Assembly: GCA_977017645.1 (NCBI GenBank)
Contig: CDRNVU010000061.1
Location: forward strand, 124,001-188,000
DNA length: 64,000 nucleotides
Direction: 5' to 3'
DNA from: Torpedo marmorata
Lineage: Eukaryota
Below are positions 39,895 to 53,329 of this stretch, one piece after another (positions within the stretch are counted from its first letter, which is position 1; each line of letters begins with the position of its first letter). The notes below the pieces were generated by a model. The model had not been told where the DNA came from, ran no database searches, and saw only the letters and a program-made list of their open reading frames with translations. Both the position numbers and the translations under genes were made by a program.

Positions 39895-42675
39895 CCATAT
39901 AACCATATAACAATTACAGCACGGAAACAGGCCATTAGGCCCTTCCAGTCCGCACCGAACCAAACATTCCTATCAAGTCCCACCTACCTGCACCCTGCCC
40001 ATAACCCTCCACTTCCTTCTCATCCATATACTTGTCCAACTTTTTCTTAAATAATAAAATTGACTCTGCCGCCACTACTTCTCCCGGAAGCTCATTCCAC
40101 ACCGCTACCACTCTCTGAGTAAAGAAGTTCCCCCCCATGTTACCTCTAAACCTCTGCCCCTTAACTCTTAGCTCATGTCCTCTTGTTTCAATCTCTCCTA
40201 TTCTTAATGGAAATAGTCTATCCACATCCACTCTGTCTATCCCTTTCATAATTTTAAATACCTCTATCAAATCCCCTCTCAACCTTCTACGCTCCAAAGA
40301 ATAAAGACCTAATCTGCTCAATCTCTCCTTGTTCTCCAGATTCTTAAACCCAGGTAACATTCTGGTAAACCTTATCTGCACTCTCTCCACCTTGTTGATA
40401 TCCTTCCTATAATTTGTCGACCAGAACTGCACACAGAACTCTAAATTAGGCCGCACCAAAGCCTTATATAATCTCAACATCACTTCACAACTCCTATATT
40501 CTATGCAATGATTGATAAAGGCCAGCATACTAAAGGCCTTCTTCACCACCCTATTCACATGAGTTTCCACCTTCAGGGAACGATGCACCGTTATTCCTAA
40601 ATCTTTCTGCTCTTCTGTATTCATCAATGCTCTCCCATTTACTACATATGTCCTGTTTTTATTCTTCTTACCAAAATGAAGCACCTCACACTTATCAGCA
40701 TTAAACTCAATCTGCCATTTTTCAGCCCACTTTTCTAAGCAGCCCAAATACCTCTGCAATCCTTGAAAACCTTCTTCATTATCCACTATTAAACCTATCT
40801 TAGTATCATCTGCATATTTACTAATCCAATTTACCACCCCATCATCTAGATCATTGATATATATAACGAACAACAACGGGCCCAATACAGATTCCTGAGG
40901 CACACCGCTGGTCACCTGCCTCCAACCTGACAGACAATTATCCACTACCACTCTCTGGCCTCTCCCTTCCAGCCAATGTTCAATCAATTTGACTATCTCA
41001 GAATTTATACCTAAAGACTGCACCTTCCTCACTAACCTTCCATGCGGAACCTTATCGAAGGCCTTACTGAAGTCCATATAGGCAACATCCACCGCGCTAC
41101 CCTCATCCACATTCCTAGTCACCTCTTCAAAAAATTCAATCAGTTTGGTTAAACAGGACCTTCCGCTCACAAATACGTGTTGAGAGTTCCTGATCAGACC
41201 CTGTCTATCCAGATATTTATAAGTACTATCTCTGAGAACTTTCTCCGTTAATTTACATACCACAGACGTCAAACCTACAGGCCGATAATTGCCAGGCTTC
41301 CTCCTTGAACCCTTTTTAAATAACGGAACCACATGCGCAATACGCCAATCCTCCGGCACTATCCCCATCTCTAATGACATTTGGAAAATCACCGTCAGAT
41401 CTCTGCTATTTCTTAGCTTACTTCTCTCAAGGTCCTGGGGAAGATCCCGTCGGGTCCCGGAGACTTATCCACCTTTATATGCCTCAAAAGCCCTAAAACT
41501 ACATCTTTCGTAATCCCTATATTCTCGATATTTACCCAATTTGCTTTTTTATGTGGCATATCTCAATATCCTTCTTCTTGGTGATTACCGAAGAAAAGAA
41601 ACTGTTCAATATCTCCCCCATTTCTCTAGGCTCCACACACAGTTTTCCGCTCTGATTCTCTAAGGGACCAATTTTGTCCCTCGCTTTCCTCTTACCATTA
41701 ACGTATTTGTAAAAACCTTTTGGATTAATTTTCACCCTGCTTGCTATAGTCTCTTCATACCTTCTTTTAGCTTTCCTAATTCCTCTCTTAAGATTCTTTT
41801 TACATTCAATGTATTTTTCAAACATCTCCTTTCCATGCTTCTTATACTTAATGTACGCCTCCCTTTTTTTTCGAACCAAGTTTCCAATATTCCTTGAAAA
41901 CCACGGCTCTCTCAAACTTTTTGCCCCTCCTTTTAACCTAACAGGAACATAAAGCTTTTGCACTCTCAAAATCTGATCTTTAAAAGCCTTCCATCTCTCT
42001 ACTACATCCTGCCCATAAAACAAATTGTCCCAATGCACACCCTGTAAGACCCTTCGCATCTCCTCAAATCTAGATTTTCCCCAATCAAAACCCTCAACCC
42101 TTGGCCCTGACTTATCTCTTTCCATAATGACATTGAAGCTGATGGCATTATGATCACTGGACCCGACGTGCTCGCCAACACAAACCTCCGTCACTTGACC
42201 TATCTCATTTGCCAACAGTAGATCTAACACTGCTCGTTCTCTGGCCGGTACCTCTACATACTGTTGTAAAAAACTATCCTGCACACATTTCACAAACTCC
42301 AACCCATCCAGCCCTTTCACAGAATGTGTTTCCCAATCTATATGTGGAAAATTAAAATCTCCCACAATCACAACTCTGTGCTTATCACAAATATCCACTA
42401 TCTCCCTACAGATTTGCTCCTCTATGTCTCGGTCCCCTCCGCGTGGTCTATAATACACCCCTACAAGTGTAACTTCTCCTTTCCCACTTCTCAGTTCTAC
42501 CCAAATAGCCTCCGTGGACGAGCCCTCTAATCTATCCTGCCTAAGCACCGCTGTAATATTCTCCCTGACAAGCAATGCAACACCACCTCCTCTTGCTTCT
42601 CCGACTCTATCACAACTAAAGCAACGAAACCCAGGGATATTCAGCTGCCAATCACATCCCTCCTGCAACCATTTC
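39895..42675 (-). mobile_element. 5'-truncated CR1 LINE (EN-RT), few disablements
   Basis: WLQEGCDWQLNIPG, GDFNFP, GSSDH, DFSKAFD, YADDT; (ATATGGTT) tail at 39895-39910. Possible TSD TTATTAA (39888-39894, 42676-42682). Confidence 0.92.
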
Positions 42676-42779
42676 TTATTAAGAAACATTGGATGCAAAA
42701 TATATTTTGGATCTAGTAAAGAGTTTGGAAACATACTACAGTTATAGAGAGCGTTAATCGTGAACACTTCGAGCGATCA

Positions 42780-43545
42780 TAAAATGGCGGCTCGCCTGAA
42801 GCTGCGGTAAGGGCAGCGCTACCGCTCGTGCGGACCCGGGGTGAGCGGAGAGCGATGACATGGTCCATCGCATGGTCTACCGAGCCCTTCTACTGCCGAC
42901 AGTCATCATTCGCACTGTAAAAGGAGCTGATCGTGCTTTATTTAAACCCTGCGACCTCGGGCTCTGCGGCCAAGATTACGGCGCCTGTGCTCGGCAGCGG
43001 CCACGAGGTGTTGCAGATTCCTGGGGAGCATTGAGTGGCGCGGAGCATCGGTGACAGGGAGAACATCCCCAGTGGAGAAGGAGAACCCGACGGGACGACC
43101 TAAGGACGGGGTTGACCACGATGGCGGACACAGGCGGTGAATTGTTGGCGACTTGCGGGAGAGGAAGCCACACAGGCTGCAGGATTTTGGAAACAAAGGT
43201 CAAAGGACAAACCACGCTGCGGTCTGCTCGAGATTGGCTCATGAGAATCAGGTTTCAGAACCGAGATTCGCGAGGGTGGCTTCCTCATCGAGTCGGAGGT
43301 TTAGATGTGGGCTCGTTATGCCGATAATATGAGCTGAATATGAGTCGTTTTCGGCTATAGAGGCTGCGGGAGCGTTGGAGGAGAATCCATGGACACTCGG
43401 TGACTCTGAGCGGACTCTCGTTTGCTCTTCTTTCAACGAGTGTAAGGGGCGCAAGGTAATGCTAATGGCCAATCCTTGACTGCTTGATGGCAGAGTAAAG
43501 GCATTTTCGTGAAATATTAAATTCTGTTTCATTACATGACAATCA
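42780..43545 (+). mobile_element. GC-rich non-autonomous retroposon, copy 2 (older)
   Basis: Starts AAAATGGCGG. Shares ordered blocks with the reverse complement of 1810-2662 (GGCAGCGCT.CCGCT.GTGCGGACCC, GCCACGAGG..TGCAGATTCC, ATGGACACTCGGTGACTCTG, TGACAAT.AA). Confidence 0.78.
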
Positions 43546-43689
43546 ATGGCGCCTTGTGTGGTCTGACTGGTAAGATGTTGAATGTCACTGGATACTGCGA
43601 TTGCGAACCGTAATGTGTACAGTCACACGTAAAGTACAAGGAAATATGCACCGTATTTCTGACTTGCTGCAGCCAATATTCTCCATAAG

Positions 43690-44130
43690 CCCATAGAACC
43701 ATACAACGTAACAATGCAGAAACAGGCTCGACAGCCAATCCAGTCCGATGGCTAAATATACAATAAATAGGACTATTTACATCGGCCTCCATCCGGTCCA
43801 TGATCCGACATACCCCCATCCGTTTACCTATCTAAATTTACCTTACATGTTGAAATATAACTCACATATACCGCCACCGCCGGCGTCAAGTTCCATGCTC
43901 TCATCAATCTCTGATTGAGGAAATTCCCACAAAATATTTGCCTTGAATATCTCACCCCAAACCCCATGTACTCCAGTTCCTTTCTCACCCAACGCCAGTG
44001 CATAAAAGCCTGCTTGCATTGACCCGATCTGCACTCCTCATAATGTTGTCTTTAAAATCGCCCCTAATTCTCCGAAGCACCGGGGAATAAATTCCTAACC
44101 AATTTAAACATTGCGACTAACTCACTCCTC
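43690..44130 (-). mobile_element. Old CR1 3' fragment
   Basis: CR1-type tail (catagaaccata...gaaacaggc) and decayed C-terminal ORF2 sequence. Confidence 0.55.
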
Positions 44131-44389
44131 AATTTCTTGGAATGTGACTGCAAATGTGTGCTGCATGCTTTCCATCTTATTAGTGTTATTCCTGCAGGCA
44201 GGTTACAAAATCAGGTTACTATATCTTCCTGGTACAGATCCCGCGGTAATTATTCTCCTCGACTTGGACAACTTTTTCCAATTCATCAACTAAATACAAG
44301 AATCTCTTTGCTGTTTGCAGACGTCTTTTGGAATTTGGCCCACGACGCATTGCTTTTACTTGCACTAAATCAAATTATGAATGCTTATC

Positions 44390-44892
44390 TATTTATTTAT
44401 TTATTTATTTATTATTTAATTATTACTCTTTCTGTTCATATTTTTTAAAATATTTTTTAATCACACAGTACATAGTTTAAAATGCAAAATTATCAAATTA
44501 CATGTGATACATTTTCACCCCGCTCCCTCCCTCCCTCCCTCCCTCCCTCCCTTCCTCCCCTCCCTACCCCTCCCGAAAAGAAAGAAAGAAAGAAAGAAAG
44601 AAGAAAAATATAAAGTAAGGAGAATGTCACTCTAAAATAGAACAGCTATAAACTAATTTTATTGTGGAACACAGGTTCGCCAGTCAGATTCAATATCCAG
44701 AGATCTTCAAATCCTGAAACCGACAGTTTTCATATACGGGCTCCATATTTTCAAAAATAAATGATATTTATTACGTAAATTATAAGTAATTTTTTCAAGT
44801 GGTATACATGAACAAAGTTCTACATGCCATCTTTCTAACCCTAAATCTACATCAGATTTCCATGCAATAGCAATGCATTTCTTAGAAACTTT
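44390..44892 (-). mobile_element. L1-like 3' end with (TTTA)n tail
   Basis: SKKCIAIAWKSDVDL...SCIPLEKITYNLRNKY; (CCCT)n tract; same family as 1-510. Confidence 0.85.
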
Positions 44893-44989
44893 CTGTTCAT
44901 ATTTAATACAGAATTTTCTGCATCTTGGCACATTTTTTAAATTTAATTGAAACGAATTGTAGTCGGTGTATCTTATGTACAAGTGTGGC

Positions 44990-45545
44990 TGAAGCAATTG
45001 AGAATGTCAGTGCATCTGAACATTGCCTGAGGCACTTGAAAATTAACTTTCACCTCAACTCTGTGTTTGTGTATCCTGACCTCCGGTGGCCAATCATTTC
45101 AATGTCTCTCAGAATTCACACACCTGTAACGTCGCCCAGTTCCAAGGTGAGATCATATGTAATCCTGATAAAAAAAACGTAAATTTCCCCCTGGAAATCT
45201 TTGAACCCAACTGCACGAGAAGTGATCTTTGTAATTTTAGGTTACCTTCGCCTGTTCCCACTGTTTCCATCTTGTCATTAACTACTTCTCCAAATATTCT
45301 CCTTCCCCTCCAGCTCCACCTTCCCTTCCTCCTGTTAAATTTTATACCGCTTCGGCCGCTCTCTAGCTTCTTAACCCGTCCAAAACTTAAATTCAGCCCA
45401 TTTTGTCTCTTTTGTCCTGACAAAGGCTCCAGGCGTGAAATGTGGACGGACCATTTCAGTCCATGGATGGTGCCTGAGCAACTGAATTCCCCTCGATTGT
45501 CATTGTTTGTTGACGATTCGAGAACCTGCAGTTCTTGCGTTTCTC
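44990..45545 (+). mobile_element. Old Penelope 3' remnant
   Basis: PDLRVANHFN-like stretch (gtggccaatcatttcaat), a pyrimidine tract and a decayed CTGAcaAAGG..GAAA end resembling 31000-31500. Confidence 0.55.
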
Positions 45546-45649
45546 CATGTCCTCCCTGTTCAATATGGGGTTTCGTATATTGTTAACTTTGAGGATAACA
45601 ATATAATTGTTCATGATTGAACATTAAAGACGTTTTCTCTGATTACAAC

Positions 45650-46430
45650 ATGACCCATCGTAACTGGAAATGTTGGCAATGGAACAGAAAATGAAATTGA
45701 TATTTTTCAAGGGCTTGGCGTTGCCCATTGGTCGGTTACAATTCGGTAGCAACTACACGGAAAGTGTAAAGTCCTGGCAGTGTTGTGGAACAAATCGATT
45801 TGTGGGCATATGTGCATAGTTCAATGAACGTCATGAAGTATGTAGACATGCTGATGAATCAGTTGTTTTCGACGTTTTCCTACATCAACATCCGCTTGGA
45901 GTACAGGAGCAAATGGGTCATGATGAAAATTCGTTTCTGAAATCGCGCTTGCAGTATTGTGCGAAATGTTTGTTACAAAGCCGCATGAAATAAATGATTA
46001 ATGTTGAAATGTTGCAGAAAAGGTTCACGAAAATGTTGTTGGGACTGGGGACAGCAATGATAAGACGAGGCTTTAGTTTTGAAAACTAAGACGGGTTAAA
46101 ATCGTTTTATAAAATCATGAAGGGCACAGATACATTAAAAGTTCATTATTTTATTCTCTAGTGCACCTGGATCGAAAACTGCAGTTGAGATAAAACGGGA
46201 AAGGTGTACGGCATATTAATGGGGGCACCTTCGACATACTGAGAAGAGTGGCTCTGTGGAACCAGCAGGCAGAAGTAGTTCCAGAATCGGAGATAGTTGT
46301 GATATGCAAAAGACCATGAAAGATGGAACATATAGTTTTATAAGAGCCTTTGGGAAACGCAGGCAAGTACAACTGGTTGGTACTGTGGGATGGAGGAAGA
46401 TGTACCTGTTTCAGTTCTTTCGAACTATTT
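45650..46430 (+). mobile_element. Very old CR1 RT C-terminal remnant
   Basis: Decayed equivalents of VEQRDLG, EYRS, LQYC and QKRFTKML. Confidence 0.55.
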
Positions 46431-47037
46431 GTCTCCATAAGGCGTTGGCGGCTGAAGAGCGATCAATAAATAATATGGAAATGACTTATTCCATGTAAAA
46501 TAAAGTAACTGAAGATTATGTCTGAACATGAAGGTCAACGGAACAAATGATAACTTCGTGCGATGGTAAATGTGGAAAAGCAAATAACTGTCTGATGAAC
46601 CAGGGGATTATATTCCTGGGGCAAAAAGGGTATGCTCTCTCACCTTCACAATGAAGGAGCGGAATTTGGGATTTTCCTGTGCGAGGGAAGACAATGACGG
46701 CACAGAGGTGGATGGCCCACAGCTGGCAAGGCCTCCAAATATCAGCGCCGAGTTTTACAGAACGGAATGTTAGCATCTTACCATCTTCGCACTTTATCGG
46801 CGTATATAGCTCATCCTGGTGTTTGTCAGAATTAATATAACTGCTTTTAGTAACGTGTTGATAAGTTAGATGAACGAATAGAACTTTCAATTCTTAAAAA
46901 AGAATTAAACCTTTATATTGGCATAACGTGTATTTAAAAACTAAATTAAGCCAGCATATTTTCATTGCTGCAAATAACTGATTTCGGAGATGCTGAAAAA
47001 TAGACATAACATCAATAACAGTCAATTTGTGCCTCAC

Positions 47038-47107
47038 CCGGAATACCGACCGCTGCAAGTACAGGGTAGTAAATTCTGACGATCTGGTAAATCACTGGAT
47101 ATCCCAT
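47038..47107 (-). CDS. GPR139/GPR142-like class A GPCR, coding exon 1 (MGYPVIYQIVRIYYPVLAAVGIP + 1 nt)
   Basis: Manual translation of the minus strand. The ATG is in a strong Kozak context (AAAATGG) and the exon ends in a phase-1 donor G|GTGAG at 47037. The YYP-x-LAA-x-G-x-P TM1 start joins in frame to exon 2 (G+TT=Val, VNLIAIVIL). Confidence 0.88.
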
Positions 47108-47167
47108 TTTTGTCTTGTAACAGCGAACATTTGTACGTAACAGAACAATGCACGGATTCGAGGAACA

Positions 47168-47277
47168 TTTATACTGGGAAAATAACTTATTTCAGCCAAT
47201 TAGTACCGTCATCGGTTACATTAGCCTCAAACCACTGAACAAACACTTAGAATGAACTATCTTTATAGATTACGTCA
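47168..47277 (-). promoter_or_regulatory. Candidate core promoter of the GPCR: TATAAA (47168-47173), inverted CCAAT (47196-47200), CRE/ATF-like TGACGTAA (47270-47277)
   Basis: Motifs read directly. The TATA box lies about 60 nt upstream of the exon 1 ATG in non-repetitive-looking DNA. Function is not demonstrated. Confidence 0.45.
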
Positions 47278-47543
47278 CGACACAACACTTTTAACTCTTT
47301 TGACGATGTTCCATGAAACAATGTTCGTGTTATTTGGACAGAATGTTGGGGAACATAAAAACATGCTCTCTTCCGTGTCTTGACGTTTGAACCGATATCA
47401 TGTTTATCATATATTAAGCGCTGTCTCTTTCACACAGCATGCAATTATGTGTAGAACATTGAAGAGCACAGTTCGGTCACTTAAGGCAACGGCGTTCTTC
47501 CCACCGATATTTTGTATTAATAGTTAAGTTAAAAAAACAACAT

Positions 47544-47769
47544 TTACAACACGGTAGAAGTCGATTCAGGCCATTGAAACATGTGCCACCCAATTTCACC
47601 CAATTAAGCTACAAATTGTTCGTTTTGGAGGGTGGGATGAAACAGGAACACAAGGGGAAAACACACACAGGGCACATGTAGAACCCTACAGATAACGCCA
47701 GGTTTGAACCCAGATCGCTGCCGTTGTGATAGCGTCGTTACGTTAACCGCTATGCTCATCGTGCAGCCC
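47544..47769 (-). mobile_element. tRNA-derived SINE (V-SINE/HE1-like) with CR1-type tail
   Basis: The minus strand shows A-box-like TAGCGGTTA, B-box GGTTCAAACC, a central TGTGTG..TTTCCCC..TTTCATCCCAC block and the tail ATGGCCTGAATC..CCGTGTTGTAA. Confidence 0.7.
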
Positions 47770-49439
47770 ACACTACAGCTATGAAGCCACAAGTCATCCA
47801 TGTAATGATTCCTTTCATCACAGCCCACAACCCATCAGTTTTCTTTTGATCTATGTGCCTATTAAGGAGTATTTAAGTGTCCATATTTCACAGCCTCCAC
47901 CAGCACACCTGCCAGTGACTTCCAGGCACCCACCACAGGCTGTGCAGAAAAAAAAGTATGCAGCTGGCATCTCTCCTCTATTTTCCTCAACTGACCTTAA
48001 ACGTGTGTCAGTGTTGCTCTTCCAATTTACTGCTAGCCTTGGTTTGACAGCGTCACTGTAACTCCTGTCTATCACCCTCTCTGCCTCCCGAATAACATGA
48101 CCGTAACAACTCACAGACCAGTGCAGGGAAGAGTTACTGAAATAAACATTAATACAAACATCTTTTACATGGAGATGTAACGGGCACACCTGATACTACG
48201 AAATGTTCAATCGGGAAAGCATTCGATATTTATAAATTTACGATTTATGGGTTCTACCAAGAGGAAAATTGCAAAGAGACTCAGCGATCGGACATGGTCT
48301 CACAAATTTAGACTAAAGCCAAGGTCAGTATATAACCGTTTAGAATGAATTTAAAATAATTGAAAAGTAGCATTAATGAGATGTAATGTTACGAATGTTT
48401 GCGTTGTGACAGCAGACATAATAACCGAGATTTTCATCACCTCTGAACAATGCAGCGCAGGAACATGCCCATTACACCACAACACTTGGGTCAAACATAA
48501 GGCAAAATCAGACTGAAACTCTTTTGCTGACACATGACACACATCCTTCTATTCTCTCCGTATTCATCTGTGTATTGAACAGTGTGTGATACGCGATTTT
48601 CGCATCTGCTACCACCACTAAACCAGGAACCTATCACTCTCTTTTTAAAAGTTTAAACAGACATCTCCATTACATTCCCAGCCACACCATGCCCGCTATT
48701 CGCATTGAAAGGATGTCCTGTACTATTGTATATTTGTATCCTGTAGAAAAGGTTTTACTTTTTACCACATATATTCCTCGCATAATATGACAAATATATG
48801 TTATATCATATTGAATCTCAGTCCCCGTTGTTCCGGTGACAAAATAACAAATATTGTCTAACCTCCCTTTGTATATCGTAATTGAACTGATTTGCTCGGT
48901 TCATTGCGTGAAGAACAACAACTACGAACATATTTCCATATCCAGACGTTATAAAGGAAAAGTGGTACCAGAGTCAATTGAAATCATTTAACGCTGAAAC
49001 AATCAAATTTCGGGATTTTCCTTCTGACGGCACTGCGTCAATTGTGCAATTATTGTGATAGATCAACGATTTATATCGCCTTATGATTGTCGTGTGTTCT
49101 AAATGTAAAAATAGAAGGAAAGTAGTACAAGTGTGTTTAAATTACTAACAACCATGCATGGAACACCAGACCGTCTACTATCTGCCATGTTCTAACCTGT
49201 CCTCGCATTGATTTGAATTCCACATAAAATATTGTGATTAGTTTGTTCACTGGAGAAAATACTTACTGTACTTGGAAAATGTTGAGTAATGTTATTGGCA
49301 TTGATTCCACACGGGATTAGTCAGCATGCTGATCGATTATCTGTAATCCACTCGACGTCATCAATATATTACGGTCTTAAAACTGTACAATCTTCAATAT
49401 GTATAATTATTTCCAGTTATCAAATATTGAAATTCCTGG

Positions 49440-52400
49440 AAAACATACTCAGCCTCCCAACAACGAAAACAGATTTCACACTTCCCTATTGTGAACTGAA
49501 ATTAGTCGTTAAGTGTCTCTTTCCATGAACATTTCCTGGCCCAACATTGTTTCCCATGTGCTCTCTGTCTTTTGTACCTTAGGGTTCCTACGAAAGTTTC
49601 ATGGCGGCAGCATGAAACCATACCGTTATCACAGTACAAATGGGGTAGTGCCATCTGAGTGTCGCAGTTGATTACACCGAGTTATTGTTAGTTATACTGT
49701 TATGTTATTTTGTTCTCATATTGCCCGCGAGTTGTATTTACTTTACAAACTGTGGTTGGGATATTAGCCCCTATCCTTAAGGATGGCCAATGAACCACAG
49801 GCACTACTTTATTTTCTCTCATTTGTCTCCTAATTTATATAGTTTTAAATGTAATTTTATAGTAATGCTTGACCTGTAATTCTGCCGCAATAAAACTAAT
49901 TTCGTGTCATGTTCAACACAATACATTCTGACTCTGATTCTGGTTCTGAATGGTAGAATAAGAGAGCAGAGGATCATGTCCTTTGGCCAGGATGTCAAAG
50001 TGAATATGATATCCAATTCGAAGAAATGTTCTGCTACTTGCACTTGATCGATATTCCTCCATCTTTTCATAATCATGTGTCTATCTAGAACCCTCTTAAT
50101 TTCTGATGTTTAATCTACTATCAACAATACAGAATATTCCAAATAAAGAGTTAGTTCCCTGCATATTTCTAACATCAACCCACAATGACTCAGTTGAGGA
50201 TCCCTTCACTCCTTCCTCGATTTCTGCAGCTGATCAGCTATCCCGATTTCGCAATACCATTCTTCCCCTCTTTATACCTCCTTCCCCCCATTCGTTTTAA
50301 AAATGTATCCTCCGGAACTTGCAACAGCTACGCCTGCCATTGCCTCATCGACGGCTTCGTTATGGCCACCCACTGGCCATTTAAATGTACTGATCAGAGC
50401 TCTAACTTCATCACCCTGATGGGTACTGCTGCTTGCATTACAATACGCACATTTGAACCCATACAACGTACGGCAAATATGGTCCGTTTACTTCCTGCCT
50501 TGCTCACACTCTCACTGCAAAGAGCATCCATATTTCCATCATCTTACCAAATGCACAGGTTTCCATCCCGCTGCATAGCTGCTTTAATTCCTCCACAACA
50601 TCTCCCGCAAACCTCCTAGTCAGGACATAGGTCCCTCTCAGTTTCAGCAGAAAGCTTCACTGTAGTACATGTCATAACTTCCCAGAGGGGATCCCAAAGA
50701 TCCACAAACTTAAACTCCTGCCCTATGCACCAACCTTTCAGCCACGCAATCCGCTCTCAAAAATTCATGTTTTTATCCTAAATAGCGCGTGGCACAGGCA
50801 TGAGTACAGATATTACCAACGTTCCCTCCTTCCTAACACCCTATACTCACTCATCGGCACCTCATAACGTCTCCTATCAATGTCATTACGACCAACATGT
50901 TGCACGACATATTGCTGCGCATGCTCTCTTTCGAATTATGCGGATTCGATCAGAGACGTCTCTGACACTTTGCCATGGAAATTAACTTAAAGAAGACTCT
51001 GAGATTCGCTCCAGGGGTTTATTTACATGATATCACGGAGAGTCTGCATCAGCCTTCACTGCCACCTGAACTCTACAAGAACATATGAACAGAGACAAAC
51101 AAACTTATACATATATTATTATTACATAATTTAATCCATAAAAAAAATTCAAACTATATCTAGACCGTGACTACAGTATTTAATTAAAAATAGTTTTGTC
51201 TAATTGCAGCTTACCGACCACTGGAAACAATAGCTCATATTTCCTAATTTTGAACGTGGTTATTCGTCGTTAAATGTCTCTTTCCACCAAGGCTTCCTGA
51301 TGCAATATGTGTCCCCAATATGTTCTTTATATTTTGTATCTTCATCTGATAGCGTTGCTATGAGCGTCTGTTGGCGCGGGAATGAAATACCACACAGTTA
51401 TCACAGTATAAATATGGCAGTGTTGTATGTTTGACGTGTTTGGTTACAGCGAATTCTCATTAGGTTATACTGTTTTTAATTGTGTTCCTATACTTCCCGG
51501 GAGTTGTATTTATGTTACAAACTGTGGAAGCGGTTTTACATGAATTATGGAGCAGGACAGAACATAAATAGGTCCAATTGCCCTGGTGTCTGTGCGAACA
51601 CCAAATCCAAATGGAACTAAATTTATGTTACTTTCACTTGATCTATATTCGTCAAACTGCTCATATCCACGTGTACCTCCTAATCGTCTCAATTGCATCT
51701 ACTATCAACGATATAGAATCTTCACAAAAGAGAGACCGCCAGCTTCATGCTTTTGACTTCCAATCACAATGACTAAGTTGAAGATCCCTTCACTCCGTCC
51801 ACCCTTTCTGCTGCTGTTATACGTTTACTGATTCGCAACACAACTCTCCCCTCTTCTCTTTTTATTCCCTCCAATCATTTTTTAAAATGTAAACCCAGTA
51901 CATGCATGAGTCAATCCTGCTCTTGCGTCATCCTTGTTTCCAAATGACCATCAAATGGTCATTTAAATGTACTGATCTATACTCTTATTAATCAACGTGA
52001 TGGTGAACGTTTATTGCAGAAAGGTAGGCATATTTCAACCCATACAACTTACTGAATATATGGTCAGTCCATGGTTTGTCCTTCGACACCATCTCACTGC
52101 ACAAAACGTCTAACTTCACAACAACAGGACATTGATCACCGTCCTGCCCAGGTGTATACAGTTAGGGATGTGCAGTTCCCACCTCCACCACAACAGGTTC
52201 CATTGCAAAAGGAGTGTGAAACCTTCCCGCCTGCACCACTGTTCCTCCTTCATATTTCGCTTAAATAATCTGTTTTACTCCGACCAGCACGTTGTAAGTT
52301 TCGAAATCGTGAGAGTCTACGTTTTTAATTTATTACATTTCTCCCTGCATTTAGCTGAAAGCACATTATCCATTTTATCCGATATAGTTTCTGCCTACAT

Positions 52401-52500
52401 GCAGCGCGGCTTATTCGTCCGCAGAATGTCCTGCAGCCAGTCCGGGATATTTCAGAACCTGGCAGCTGGGAGGTAACACACCAAACTGGAGTTATGTTTA
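49440..52500. repeat. Old tandem duplication, two units of about 1.6-1.8 kb made of decayed TE sequence
   Basis: Colinear matches: gtcgttaa.tgtctctttcca (49505/51265), gttatcacagta (49625/51397), gagttgtattta (49729/51501), cacaatgact.agttga.gatcccttcactcc (50181/51766), ttaaatgtactgatc (50381/51963), acccatacaac (50457/52038). Confidence 0.7.
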
Positions 52501-53329
52501 TTCCACAAAAGATCCAATTACTATGGAATCCTCAGTACTCAACATCTACACATCTGCCATTTTCATACTTGCCCTCATGTCTATCATCCCAAATTTGTTC
52601 ATCTACACCTGAAATATCACACTTGAAATGTTTGTTCAGTACGTTGCACTGTGAAGGAATACGGCTGCGATATATTTCAGGAATTCAATATGTTAAATCG
52701 AGGCTGCTGTCAGAGTTCCTGACGCTAATTTATTTGCAAATAAAACGGCTCTGAGTGTCGCTTCCATTGATTTGATTGTGTTCATTTTTAAAATATTGCA
52801 ATAAGTAAAAGCATGCAACTATCCCCCTACAGGCTGCCATTCGGTATAAAGGTGCAATGCTTTGCACGGTTCTGTGTGTGTGTGATCAGATATTCTAACA
52901 AACATACGCACACCACCGGCAGATCTATTGTTTGCCATTTTCTTTCCGATACTGGTGTCTATTATATTTCCTCCTAAATACTGTGTTCATATATTTAATT
53001 TCATAGAAGTTGCCAGAATTGCATGACTGAATGAATCTACCTGATGAATATTGAATAACGGAGATGCGACGGAAAGAAGCATATAAACTGTACAAAACCA
53101 TTAACTGATTTCCAGAAGAACAGCAGCTCAAACATAAAGAATTATTGTGGGTTGTGCAAGTGTGAAAGGACACTGTTACCAGTTATATACAGACCTTCAA
53201 ACAGAAGCATAGATGAGGACAACAATTTAAAACTGCAAATAAAAAGGCTTCTCGCAATGTTAGGGTTGTTTCTGGGAATTTTCTTAAAATGCAAGTAGAC
53301 TGGGGAAAAAAGGTTGGGACTCAATCTCA

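Noticed and set aside
47700-47769. tRNA gene
   Set aside because: A/B boxes belong to a SINE head followed by SINE body and tail; no full cloverleaf.
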